Notes under the pieces: generated by a model
Database searches by the model: none
What the model saw: the letters and a program-made list of their open reading frames with translations, nothing else
What the model was told of the DNA's origin: nothing
Made by a program: the position numbers and the translations under genes
DNA from: Lachnospiraceae bacterium
GTDB lineage: Bacteria > Bacillota > Clostridia > Lachnospirales > Lachnospiraceae
Length of the DNA stretch: 64,000 nucleotides
Direction: 5' to 3'
Assembly (NCBI GenBank): GCA_028692975.1
Contig: JAQUWF010000006.1
Coordinates: 5,363-69,362, forward strand
Part shown: one piece after another, positions 48,319 to 56,307 of the stretch
Layout: every line of letters begins with the position of its first letter
Position numbering within the stretch: position 1 is the first letter of the stretch

Positions 48319-48446
48319 CTATTCCGTAGGTCTGCACATTTACTGCGCTGACCGTAAGAAAATGATTCAGGAGTGAAAAAAAACCATTACCGCAGGTGAT
48401 TTTCATGGATTTTCGAATCGTAACTGGTCAGGTACTGAGCAGTTAC
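48315..48446. mobile_element. 132-bp MITE-like element with imperfect terminal inverted repeats and an 8-bp target-site-duplication-like direct repeat
   Basis: Termini GTAACTATTCCGTA... and ...TACTGAGCAGTTAC match as inverted repeats at 11/14. Flanks are GATCCGCG (48307-48314) and GATCCGTG (48447-48454). The left 57 bp equal the B-type unit (reverse orientation) and the right 30 bp equal 15988-16017. Confidence 0.65.
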
Positions 48447-48547
48447 GATCCGTGTAAAAATCTCTTGTGAAATTACGAAATACCATATATACTTATTCGT
48501 ATAAATAAATCCTGTTATATTTTATAATAAAACTGAGAGGTGCCTAT

Positions 48548-49234
48548 ATGTTAGAAAAACTAAAGCAAAAAGTATATGAAGCAAACATGCTGCTTCCAAA
48601 GCATGGACTCGTGACGTTTACCTGGGGAAATGTCAGTGAACGGGATACAGAGACCGGATATTTTGTAATCAAACCCAGTGGTGTGGACTATGACAAACTG
48701 CAGCCAGCGGATATGGTCGTGATGGATCTGGCCGGCAACAAGATCGAAGGTTCCATGAATCCTTCTTCTGACACAGCGACTCATGTGGAACTCTACAAAG
48801 CATTTCCTGAAATAATGGGTATCGTACATACCCATTCTTCCTGGGCAACCAGCTGGGCCCAGGCCGGACGCAGCATTCCCTGTTACGGGACCACGCACGC
48901 AGACTATATTTATGGGGAAATCCCATGCGTCAGATGTCTGACAAAAGAAGAAATCGATACGGCTTACGAGAAAAATACCGGTCTCGTTATCGCAGACTAC
49001 TTCAAAGATAAAGATGTGACTGCTGTCCCCGCTGTCCTGTGCAAAAATCACGGAGTATTCACATGGGGAACCAGTGCGGAAAATGCAGTGCATAATGCAG
49101 TTGTTGCAGAAGAGGTAGCCAAAATGGCAGCTCGCTGCGAAATGATTAATCCTCAGGTACAACCCGCGCCCCAGGAGCTACAGGACAAGCATTATTTTCG
49201 TAAACACGGAAAAGATGCATATTATGGACAGTAG
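48548..49234 (+). CDS. araD: L-ribulose-5-phosphate 4-epimerase
   Basis: Class II aldolase/adducin fold. GNVSERD, IKPSGV and HTHS motifs are typical of AraD. GAGAGGTG RBS. Confidence 0.85.
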   Translation: MLEKLKQKVYEANMLLPKHGLVTFTWGNVSERDTETGYFVIKPSGVDYDKLQPADMVVMDLAGNKIEGSMNPSSDTATHVELYKAFPEIMGIVHTHSSWATSWAQAGRSIPCYGTTHADYIYGEIPCVRCLTKEEIDTAYEKNTGLVIADYFKDKDVTAVPAVLCKNHGVFTWGTSAENAVHNAVVAEEVAKMAARCEMINPQVQPAPQELQDKHYFRKHGKDAYYGQ

Positions 49235-49363
49235 TTGTCAGGTATTGTATAATATACACATTCCAAAAACTCACGGTTTAATACATCGAAATGCATCGAT
49301 GTAAATGCAAGGTCAGAAAACAGTCTGGCCTGCTATTTTATTAGGAAAATGGAGGTATGAGAC

Positions 49364-50959
49364 GTGGAAACAAAAGCATTTATTGAAAGTGGACAGGCCG
49401 TGCTCGGTATCGAATTCGGCTCCACCCGCATTAAGGCTGTGCTGATCGATGAGGCCAATCAACCTATCGCATCCGGCAGTCATGACTGGGAGAATCAATT
49501 GGTTGACGGCATCTGGACATACAATTTGGATGATGTCTGGACAGGACTGCAGAACAGTTACCGGGATCTTTGCCGGCAGGTCAGGGAGCAATATCATATC
49601 GATATCCATCGATTGAAAGCCATCGGCATCAGTGCCATGATGCATGGTTATCTGCCTTTCGACAAGGGAGGCCAGCTTCTGGTACCTTTCCGTACATGGA
49701 GAAACACCATGACCGAAGAGGCAGTGGAAATACTTATCGATAAATTCCAATATAACATTCCACAGCGCTGGAGCATCGCACATCTTTATCAGGCTATCCT
49801 GAACAAGGAACCACATGTGGCAGATGTTGCATTCTTCACCACGCTGTCCGGCTACATTCATTGGAAACTCACAGGCAAAAAAGTCCTGGGTATCGGCGAT
49901 GCCGCTGGTATGTTCCCTATTGACTCTACGATTCATGATTATGACCAGCGCATGCTTGCGCAGTTCGATGAACTGACAGCACCAAATGGTTTCTCATGGA
50001 AAATAAGCGAGCTGCTTCCTAAAGTACTCTGCGCCGGTGATGATGCAGGCTGCCTCACCGGGGAGGGTGCAAAATTGCTGGATGTTTCCGGACAGTTGCA
50101 GGATGGTATCCCTATGTGTGCACCGGAAGGGGATGCAGGCACTGGCATGACCGCTACCAACAGTGTGGCGCAGCGTACCGGCAATGTTTCCGCCGGCACC
50201 TCTGTTTTCGCTATGGTGGTTCTGGAAAAAGCGCTCTCAAAAGTGTACAAAGAGATTGATATGGTAACGACTCCCTCCGGTGATCCGGTAGCCATGGTAC
50301 ACTGCAATAACTGTACCTCCGATCTGAACGCATGGGTCGGCCTGTTCAAGGAGTTTGCCACTACCTTCGGCATGGACATTACTATGAATGACCTTTATGG
50401 CACTTTATATAACAAAGCACTGGAAGGAGATGCCGACTGCGGCGGCCTTCTGGCTTATAATTATTTTTCCGGCGAGCACATTACAGGCTTCGAGCAGGGG
50501 CGTCCGCTCTTTGTACGCCAGCCTGACAGCCGCTTCACTCTGGCAAACTTTATGCGCACCAATCTGTACACCACCTTAGGCGCGCTGAAGACCGGAATGG
50601 ACATTCTGCTCAAGGAAGAAAAAGTTTCCATTGATAAATTGCTGGGGCATGGTGGTTTGTTTAAGACAGAAGGTGTTGGACAGAGCATTCTGGCCGCTGC
50701 TATGAACGCTCCGGTAGCCGTTATGAAGACCGCCGGTGAAGGCGGTGCATGGGGTATTGCAGTCCTGGCCTCCTATCTGGTGAACAAGGAGGGCGACGAA
50801 GCCCTGGATGCTTTCCTGAATACAAAGGTTTTCGCTGGTCAGGAAGGAACCACACTGCAGCCTCAGGAAAAGGATGTGGAAAGTTTTGAATCCTTTATGG
50901 TCCGCTACCGCGCCGGACTTCCTATCGAGCGTGCAGCCGTAGAACATTTGAAAAATTAA
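49364..50959 (+). CDS. FGGY-family carbohydrate kinase (ribulokinase/xylulokinase-like), GTG start
   Basis: 531-aa ORF with [14 protein letters not shown]-terminal ATPase motif and a GHGGLF C-terminal motif. Adjacent to araD. GGAGG lies 8 nt upstream of GTG. Confidence 0.8.
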   Translation: METKAFIESGQAVLGIEFGSTRIKAVLIDEANQPIASGSHDWENQLVDGIWTYNLDDVWTGLQNSYRDLCRQVREQYHIDIHRLKAIGISAMMHGYLPFDKGGQLLVPFRTWRNTMTEEAVEILIDKFQYNIPQRWSIAHLYQAILNKEPHVADVAFFTTLSGYIHWKLTGKKVLGIGDAAGMFPIDSTIHDYDQRMLAQFDELTAPNGFSWKISELLPKVLCAGDDAGCLTGEGAKLLDVSGQLQDGIPMCAPEGDAGTGMTATNSVAQRTGNVSAGTSVFAMVVLEKALSKVYKEIDMVTTPSGDPVAMVHCNNCTSDLNAWVGLFKEFATTFGMDITMNDLYGTLYNKALEGDADCGGLLAYNYFSGEHITGFEQGRPLFVRQPDSRFTLANFMRTNLYTTLGALKTGMDILLKEEKVSIDKLLGHGGLFKTEGVGQSILAAAMNAPVAVMKTAGEGGAWGIAVLASYLVNKEGDEALDAFLNTKVFAGQEGTTLQPQEKDVESFESFMVRYRAGLPIERAAVEHLKN

Positions 50960-50970
50960 TTAGTGATTTT

Positions 50971-51030
50971 AAAAACAGGATTGTGTATACAGGTGATTTT
51001 CATCTGCCTGCTGCACAATCCTGTTTTTTA
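50971..51030. terminator. bidirectional intrinsic terminator between convergent genes
   Basis: AAAAACAGGATTGTG (50971-50985) pairs perfectly with CACAATCCTGTTTTT (51014-51028), flanked by A-run and T-run. Confidence 0.7.
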
Positions 51031-52296
51031 CTGTAACATGATCTTGATGATTTCTTTATCGGTCTGCTGCATGCCGACCTTTCCGATATACCCTACGCAG
51101 CTGATCGTCTCTCCAGCCTCTTCCTTGAGGATACCGGTATATGCCTTATAAGCCCGTCCCTGCATAGCCAGATAATGGGACATCATAGACGCGTCCAGAC
51201 TGGTGGCAATCTTCGCCGCGCAGGACACCTTCGCCCCATCACAGATAATCCCCGGAATATTGGCCAGCGTGTTGCCCACGGTATTCTTGATCTGTTCCGA
51301 TGTGCCGCCGATCATATAAGTGATAGCCGCCCCTGCCGCGCAGGAAGCCGATACTGCCCCACAGAAAGCGGATAATTTCCCGATAAATTCTTTCTGGTAA
51401 ATGGTCAGCAGGCTGGAAAACACCAGCGCCCGGTACAGTTTCTCGGCACCGATATTTTTCTCCCTGGCATATACGATGACCGGCACAGAAGATGCGATGC
51501 CCTGATTGCCGCTGCCGGAATTGATGATAACCGGCATGTCGCAGCCGTCCATCCTTGCCTCAGAAGCCGCCGAAGTGTACGCCTTCATTCTGGTGACCAC
51601 GCCTTCATGGTAACATTCTTTGATCGTCTTGCCGATGCCCACCCCATAATCTCCGGACATGCCTTCGTAAGCGATGTCCATGTTGCAGCGTATCTGCTTG
51701 TCGATAAGTTTTTTGATTGTTCTTATTTCTATGGTATCCGCAAATTCTTTGATATTATCCACGTTCAGATTGGTGCGGTTTGCCTTGACCTTCTGTTCTT
51801 TTCCGCTCCCTGATGTGAAGATATTTTCTCCGTTTTTTATGATCCTTGTAATATTCAGATGGGTGTTCTGGATTTCCACCAGCACCTCTTCCTCACCTTT
51901 GCATAATTCTACAATAATATGTAAAGGTATCTCCGACTCCAGGAATTCCACCTTGCAGCGCTGGGCTGCCAGCAGTTCCTTCGTCCGGGCGATCTGTGCA
52001 TCCGTCACGTCTTCCAGCACTTCCATGGCCTTTGTAGCGTCACCGCCGATCACGCCCAAAGCCACCGCAGCCTCCACCCCTATCATTCCGTCTGAGTTTG
52101 GGATACGCACGCAGCGCACATTTTTGATAATATTCCCGCTGCACCTGGCAATAATCCGCTCCGGCTCACACCCCAGCACATCTCTGGCCTTCGCCCCCAC
52201 ATAAGCCAGTGCAATGGGCTCCGTACACCCCATAGCCGGAATGAGTTCTTCCTTTAGAATGTCTAAAAATTCCTGTTTTATAGCATCATTTATCAT
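51028..52296 (-). CDS. UPF0597 / YhaM-type serine-dehydratase-alpha-like protein (L-cysteine desulfidase family)
   Basis: LIPAMGCTEPIALAY N-terminal motif and SGSGNQG core are typical of YhaM/CyuA-like proteins. Start set at ATG 52296 (GAGGAG 7 nt upstream). Confidence 0.8.
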   Translation of the reverse strand: MINDAIKQEFLDILKEELIPAMGCTEPIALAYVGAKARDVLGCEPERIIARCSGNIIKNVRCVRIPNSDGMIGVEAAVALGVIGGDATKAMEVLEDVTDAQIARTKELLAAQRCKVEFLESEIPLHIIVELCKGEEEVLVEIQNTHLNITRIIKNGENIFTSGSGKEQKVKANRTNLNVDNIKEFADTIEIRTIKKLIDKQIRCNMDIAYEGMSGDYGVGIGKTIKECYHEGVVTRMKAYTSAASEARMDGCDMPVIINSGSGNQGIASSVPVIVYAREKNIGAEKLYRALVFSSLLTIYQKEFIGKLSAFCGAVSASCAAGAAITYMIGGTSEQIKNTVGNTLANIPGIICDGAKVSCAAKIATSLDASMMSHYLAMQGRAYKAYTGILKEEAGETISCVGYIGKVGMQQTDKEIIKIMLQ

Positions 52297-52359
52297 CAAA
52301 TATCTCCTCTGTGTCATCGTGATTTCTTACTTATTTGTACATGGTTACTCCGTTTTTAC

Positions 52360-52388
52360 ATTATAACCTTTTTCAGAGATAATTTGAA
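52360..52388 (-). promoter_or_regulatory. putative sigma-A promoter of the yhaM-like gene
   Basis: Minus strand: TTCAAA (52388-52383), a 17-nt spacer, then TATAAT (52365-52360). Confidence 0.5.
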
Positions 52389-52433
52389 CCACCAGTTTAT
52401 GTATTACTCCGCTCCTTTATAAACTACATGCTA

Positions 52434-53676
52434 GGGCAGCAGGACTTGCTTTTCTTTCCCGCTGCCCAATCTCTTCTCACCTTTGGGTAACATGACTTGC
52501 TTTTCTTTCCTGCCGCCCAATCTCTTCTTTCAATTGGCTAGCATGACTTGCTCTTCTTTCCTGCTGCCCAATCTCTTCTCACCTTTGGGCAGCAGGACTT
52601 GCTTTTCTTCCCCGCTGCCCAATCTTATCTTTCCCTTGGGTAGCATAACTTGCTTTTCTTTCCTGCTGCCCAATCCTATCTTTCAATTGGGTAGCAGGGC
52701 TTGCTTTTCTTCCCCGCTGCCCAATCTCTTCTTTCAATTGGCTAGCATGACTTGCTTTTCTTTCCTGCTGCCCAATCTCTTCTCACCTTTGGGTAGCATG
52801 GCTTGCTTTTCTTTCCTGCCGCCCAATCTTATCTTTCTCTTGGGTAGCATGGCTTACTTTTCTTCCTCGCTGCCCAATCTCTTCTTTCAATTGGCTAGCA
52901 TGACTTGCTTTTCTTTCCTGCTGCCCAATCTCTTCTTTCTCTTGGGCGGCATGGCTTACTTTCTTTCCTGCTGCCCAATCTCTTCTTTCTCTTGGGCGGC
53001 ATGGCTTACTTTTCTTCCCCGCTGCCCAATCTTATCTTCCTCTTGGGTAGCATGGCTTACTTTTCTTCCTGCTGCCCAATCTCTTCTTTCAATTGGGTAG
53101 CATGGCTTGCTTTTCTTTCCTGCCGCCCAATCTTATCCTCCTCTTGGGTAGCATGGCTTACTTTTCTTCCTCGCTGCCCAATCTCTTCTTTCAATTGGCT
53201 AGCATGACTTGCTTTTCTTTCCTGCTGCCCAATCTCTTCTTTCCCTTGGGTAGCATAACTTGCTTTTCTTTCCTGCTGCCCAATCTCTTCTCACCTTTGG
53301 GCGGCAGGGCTTGCTTTTCTTTCCTGCCGCCCAATCTTATCTTTCTCTTGGGTAGCATGGCTTACTTTTCTTCCTCTGCCCAATCTCTTCTTTCTCTTGG
53401 GTAGCATGACTTGCTTTTCTTTCCTGCCGCCCAATCTCTTCTTTCACTTGGGTAGCAGGACTTGCTTTTCTTCCCCGCTGCCCAATCTTATCTTCCTCTT
53501 GGGTAGCATGGCTTACTTTTCTTCCTCGCTGCCCAATCTCTTCTTTCAATTGGGTAGCATGACTTGCTTTTCTTCCCTGCTGCCCAATCTCTTCTTTCAA
53601 TTGGGCGGCAGGGTTTGCTTTTCTTCCTCGCTGCCCAATCTCTTCTCACCTTTGGGCAGCAGAACTTGCTTTTCTG
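52434..53676. repeat. tandem array of 24 complete units plus one partial unit of a 51-bp repeat; each unit contains a 12-13-nt inverted repeat
   Basis: Hand-parsed units: 21 of 51 bp, 2 of 50 bp, 1 of 49 bp (sum 1220 bp) plus a 23-bp partial unit. Consensus GGGTAGCATGACTTGCTTTTCTTTCCTGCTGCCCAATCTCTTCTTTCAATT. The plus strand is about 70 percent pyrimidine. Arms TTGGGYRGCAKG and CCTGCYGCCCAA are reverse complements. Confidence 0.95.
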
Positions 53677-53844
53677 GCCGGGTATGACAACTATCAGCAG
53701 CCACTGTGTTACCAAAAAAGCAAGTTGGTGCATGGGGAATGATTTATGGGCAAGGTTTTGCGATTGTACAAAGTTTTGGGCAAGGAACTCTGCGGAGGTG
53801 AGTTCCTTGCCCAATTATAGAAAAGTAGTTTACATAACAAATTA

Positions 53845-55437
53845 TTATTTCAATAATTTCGCCAGATCCGCCTCCGGGGTGCTGATGGGGGCAATGTTGA
53901 AATGCTCTACCAGGTAATTCAACACATTCGGCGAAATAAATGCCGGCAGTGATGGTCCCAGGAGAATATCCTTGATGCCCAGATGCAGCAGGGTAAGCAG
54001 GATACACACGGCTTTCTGCTCATACCAGGACAATACCATGGATAAGGGCAGTTCGTTCACGCCACATCCGAAGGCATTGGCCAGTGCTACGGCCACCTGG
54101 ATTGCAGAGTAAGCGTCATTACACTGTCCCATATCCAGAATACGCGGCAGGCCGCCGATGGTGCCAAGGTCCAGATCATTAAATCGATATTTGCCACAGG
54201 CCAATGTGAGAATAATGGAGTCTTCCGGTGTCTGCTTTACAAACTCCGTAAAATAATTTCTGCCGGTTTTCGCACCGTCACAGCCACCCACCAGGAAGAA
54301 ATGCTTGATTGCGCCACTCTTTACCGCCTCGATCACGGTATCTGCTACGCCAAGCACGGTGCCGTGGCCAAATCCTGTAGTTACCTGCTTACCACCGTTG
54401 ATGCCGGTAAATTCTGTGTCTTCCGCGAAACCGCCCAGTTCCAAAGCCTTCTTGATCACAGGCGTGAAATCTTTCTCATCATCAATATGCACCATCTCCG
54501 GATAAGAAACGACTTCTGTCGTAAACACCCTGTCTGCGTAACTTGCTTTCGGCGGCATAAGGCAGTTAGTGGTAAAAAGGATCGGTGCAGGGAGATTGTC
54601 AAATTCTTTCTGCTGATTCTGCCACGCAGTGCCAAAGTTCCCCTTCAGATGTGGATATGCTTTCAATTTCGGATATGCATGGGCCGGCAGCATCTCGCCA
54701 TGGGTATAAATATGAATCCCCTTGTCCTTTGTCTGCTCCAACAACTGTTCCAGATCCTTCAGATCATGTCCAGTCACTACGATGAACGGACCTTTTTCTA
54801 CAGAAAGCGGAACCGTAGTCGGCTTCGGTGTCCCATATGTCTCGGTATTGGCCTGATCCAGCAGTGCCATACATTTCAGATTCACTTCCCCCACTTCCAT
54901 AACAATAGGAAGCAGTTGCTCCATATCCAGATCTTCTCCCACAGCGAACATACCCTTATAGAAAAAATTATTCACCGTTTCATCTGTATAACCCAACACC
55001 ATAGCATGATAAGCATAAGCCGCCATGCCACGCAGACCGAAGAGAATCAGCGACTTCAGGGAACGTATATCTTCATCCGCATTCCATAGTTCTTTCATAT
55101 TATAATTGTTGTTGTGCCCGCAAGGTGACGCACAGCCACCGCACTGAGGGGCAAGCTCTGCTTTCGCTTTCTCAATATCTGCAATGCGCTCCTGCAGCGT
55201 CTCGCTGTTAAAGTTCACGTTCGTCACGGTGGTAAATAAGCCTTCGATCATAATTCTGTGGGTACGCTGGGTTGGCTGGTTGCCATCAGCGGCTCTCGCC
55301 AGTCCGATGAGCGCGCCAGTCAGTTCGTCCTGCAGCCCCGCCACTTCCGCGTCCTTTCCACAGACACCTTTCTTTCCAGTACATCCGCTGCATCCTGCAG
55401 TCTGCTCACACTGATAACAAAACATTTCATTTGCCAT
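53845..55437 (-). CDS. hcp: hydroxylamine reductase / hybrid-cluster protein
   Basis: N-terminal MFCYQCEQTAGCSGCT Cys cluster and full-length Hcp architecture. Start set at ATG 55437 (GGAGGA 8 nt upstream); the track start is a TTG five codons earlier. Confidence 0.92.
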   Translation of the reverse strand: MANEMFCYQCEQTAGCSGCTGKKGVCGKDAEVAGLQDELTGALIGLARAADGNQPTQRTHRIMIEGLFTTVTNVNFNSETLQERIADIEKAKAELAPQCGGCASPCGHNNNYNMKELWNADEDIRSLKSLILFGLRGMAAYAYHAMVLGYTDETVNNFFYKGMFAVGEDLDMEQLLPIVMEVGEVNLKCMALLDQANTETYGTPKPTTVPLSVEKGPFIVVTGHDLKDLEQLLEQTKDKGIHIYTHGEMLPAHAYPKLKAYPHLKGNFGTAWQNQQKEFDNLPAPILFTTNCLMPPKASYADRVFTTEVVSYPEMVHIDDEKDFTPVIKKALELGGFAEDTEFTGINGGKQVTTGFGHGTVLGVADTVIEAVKSGAIKHFFLVGGCDGAKTGRNYFTEFVKQTPEDSIILTLACGKYRFNDLDLGTIGGLPRILDMGQCNDAYSAIQVAVALANAFGCGVNELPLSMVLSWYEQKAVCILLTLLHLGIKDILLGPSLPAFISPNVLNYLVEHFNIAPISTPEADLAKLLK

Positions 55438-55468
55438 TTTATTTTCCTCCAATTAATCTAAGATTTTT

Positions 55469-55525
55469 CCAGAATCATTCTCTTACGGTCAGCGCAGTAA
55501 ATACGCAGACCTACTAAATAGTTAC
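55469..55525 (+). mobile_element. 57-bp interspersed repeat unit (B-type) overlapping the 3' end of the ferredoxin gene, flanked by direct repeat GATTTTT(CC)
   Basis: 51/57 identical to 40452-40508. Direct repeats lie at 55462-55470 and 55526-55534. The last three codons (VTI) and the TAG stop of the upstream CDS lie inside the unit. Confidence 0.6.
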
Positions 55526-56236
55526 GATTTTTCCATCTGTTGAAATAGTTACTACCTGCCACGGGATAAATTTCCCGCTGTTTTGTAATGCATTTTTTGC
55601 TGCGTTTTCGATGCCGCCACAACAGGGCACTTCCATGCGCACGATGGTGAGGCTCTTAATGTTATTATTCGCAATAATCTCCGTCAGCTTTTCTGCGTAA
55701 TCGCCTTCATCCAACTTCGGACATCCAATAAGGGTAATACGGTTTTTGATAAATTTGTTATGGAAATCCCCATACGCATATGCCGTACAATCCGCCGCCA
55801 CCAGCAGATTCGCCCCGTCAAAATAAGGTGCATTTACCGGTGCCAGTTTAATTTGGACCGGCCACTGGGATAACCGGCTGGACACGGGCTGGCTGTCATT
55901 TGCCGCACCCGAAACCGCACATGCCTCTTCCCGGACAATCCTTTTGGAATTACTTCCCGGACATCCGCAGGGCAAAGGCTGTCCCTGCTGCAGCGTCTTT
56001 CCCTTCTTATGCTCCTGCACCGCAGCGTCATCATACGCCGCTGCCTCCCGCTCCACGAAAGTGATCGCACCCGCAGGGCAAGTGGGCAGACAGTCGCCCA
56101 ATCCATCACAGTAATCGTCCCGCAGCAGCTTCGCCTTTCCGTCTATCATGCCGATAGCCCCTTCATGACAGGCCGCCGCACAGGCTCCGCATCCATTACA
56201 CTTTTCTTCATTTATCTCTATAATTCTTCTAAGCAT
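55514..56236 (-). CDS. 4Fe-4S dicluster ferredoxin-domain protein, hcp-associated
   Basis: CNGCGACAAACHEGA and CDGLGDCLPTCP cluster motifs plus a C-terminal Cys-containing domain. Start set at ATG 56236 (AGGAGG 8 nt upstream). Confidence 0.8.
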   Translation of the reverse strand: MLRRIIEINEEKCNGCGACAAACHEGAIGMIDGKAKLLRDDYCDGLGDCLPTCPAGAITFVEREAAAYDDAAVQEHKKGKTLQQGQPLPCGCPGSNSKRIVREEACAVSGAANDSQPVSSRLSQWPVQIKLAPVNAPYFDGANLLVAADCTAYAYGDFHNKFIKNRITLIGCPKLDEGDYAEKLTEIIANNNIKSLTIVRMEVPCCGGIENAAKNALQNSGKFIPWQVVTISTDGKIVTI

Positions 56237-56265
56237 TTTGTTTTCCTCCTTGACTTGATACATGG

Positions 56266-56307
56266 ATTATAATACGATAAGGAAAAACATTCTGTTGTTT
56301 TTACAAC
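56266..56307 (-). promoter_or_regulatory. putative class II Crp/Fnr (HcpR-type) dependent promoter of the ferredoxin-hcp operon
   Basis: Minus strand TATAAT at 56271-56266. The palindrome GTTGT-N4-ACAAC (56294-56307) lies exactly 22 nt upstream of the -10 hexamer, so it is centred near -41.5. No usable -35 hexamer. Confidence 0.5.

Noticed and set aside
50985-51005. 14-mer CAGGTGATTTTCAT shared between the terminator loop at 50988 and the centre of the 48315-48446 element (a related 10-mer lies at 40426)
   Set aside because: A back-of-envelope estimate gives on the order of ten chance 14-mer matches between positions in a 64-kb window counting both strands. No flanking similarity extends the match, so I do not count it as another copy of the element.
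52434-53676. CRISPR array interpretation of the 51-bp repeats
   Set aside because: The 51-bp period is too short for repeat plus spacer. The variable segments are a handful of recurring variants rather than unique spacers. No leader or cas genes occur in the window. Every unit is homologous along its full length.
52483-53814. Protein-coding interpretation of the array: plus-strand ORFs of 205, 100, 103 and 96 aa, and minus-strand ORFs of 87 and 108 aa, with 17-aa repeats
   Set aside because: The frame is broken by the 50-, 50- and 49-bp units, so no ORF spans the array. The plus-strand peptides (GSMTCFSFLLPNLFFQL...) are artefacts of a stop-poor pyrimidine-rich strand. No RBS or credible start is present. 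The minus-strand ORF starting at 53814 begins inside the hcp-proximal hairpin.
53776-53814. Perfect 14-bp hairpin as the intrinsic terminator of hcp
   Set aside because: No U-tract follows the stem on the minus strand (AAAACTTT), nor on the plus strand, so I kept it only as a structural observation linked to the array.
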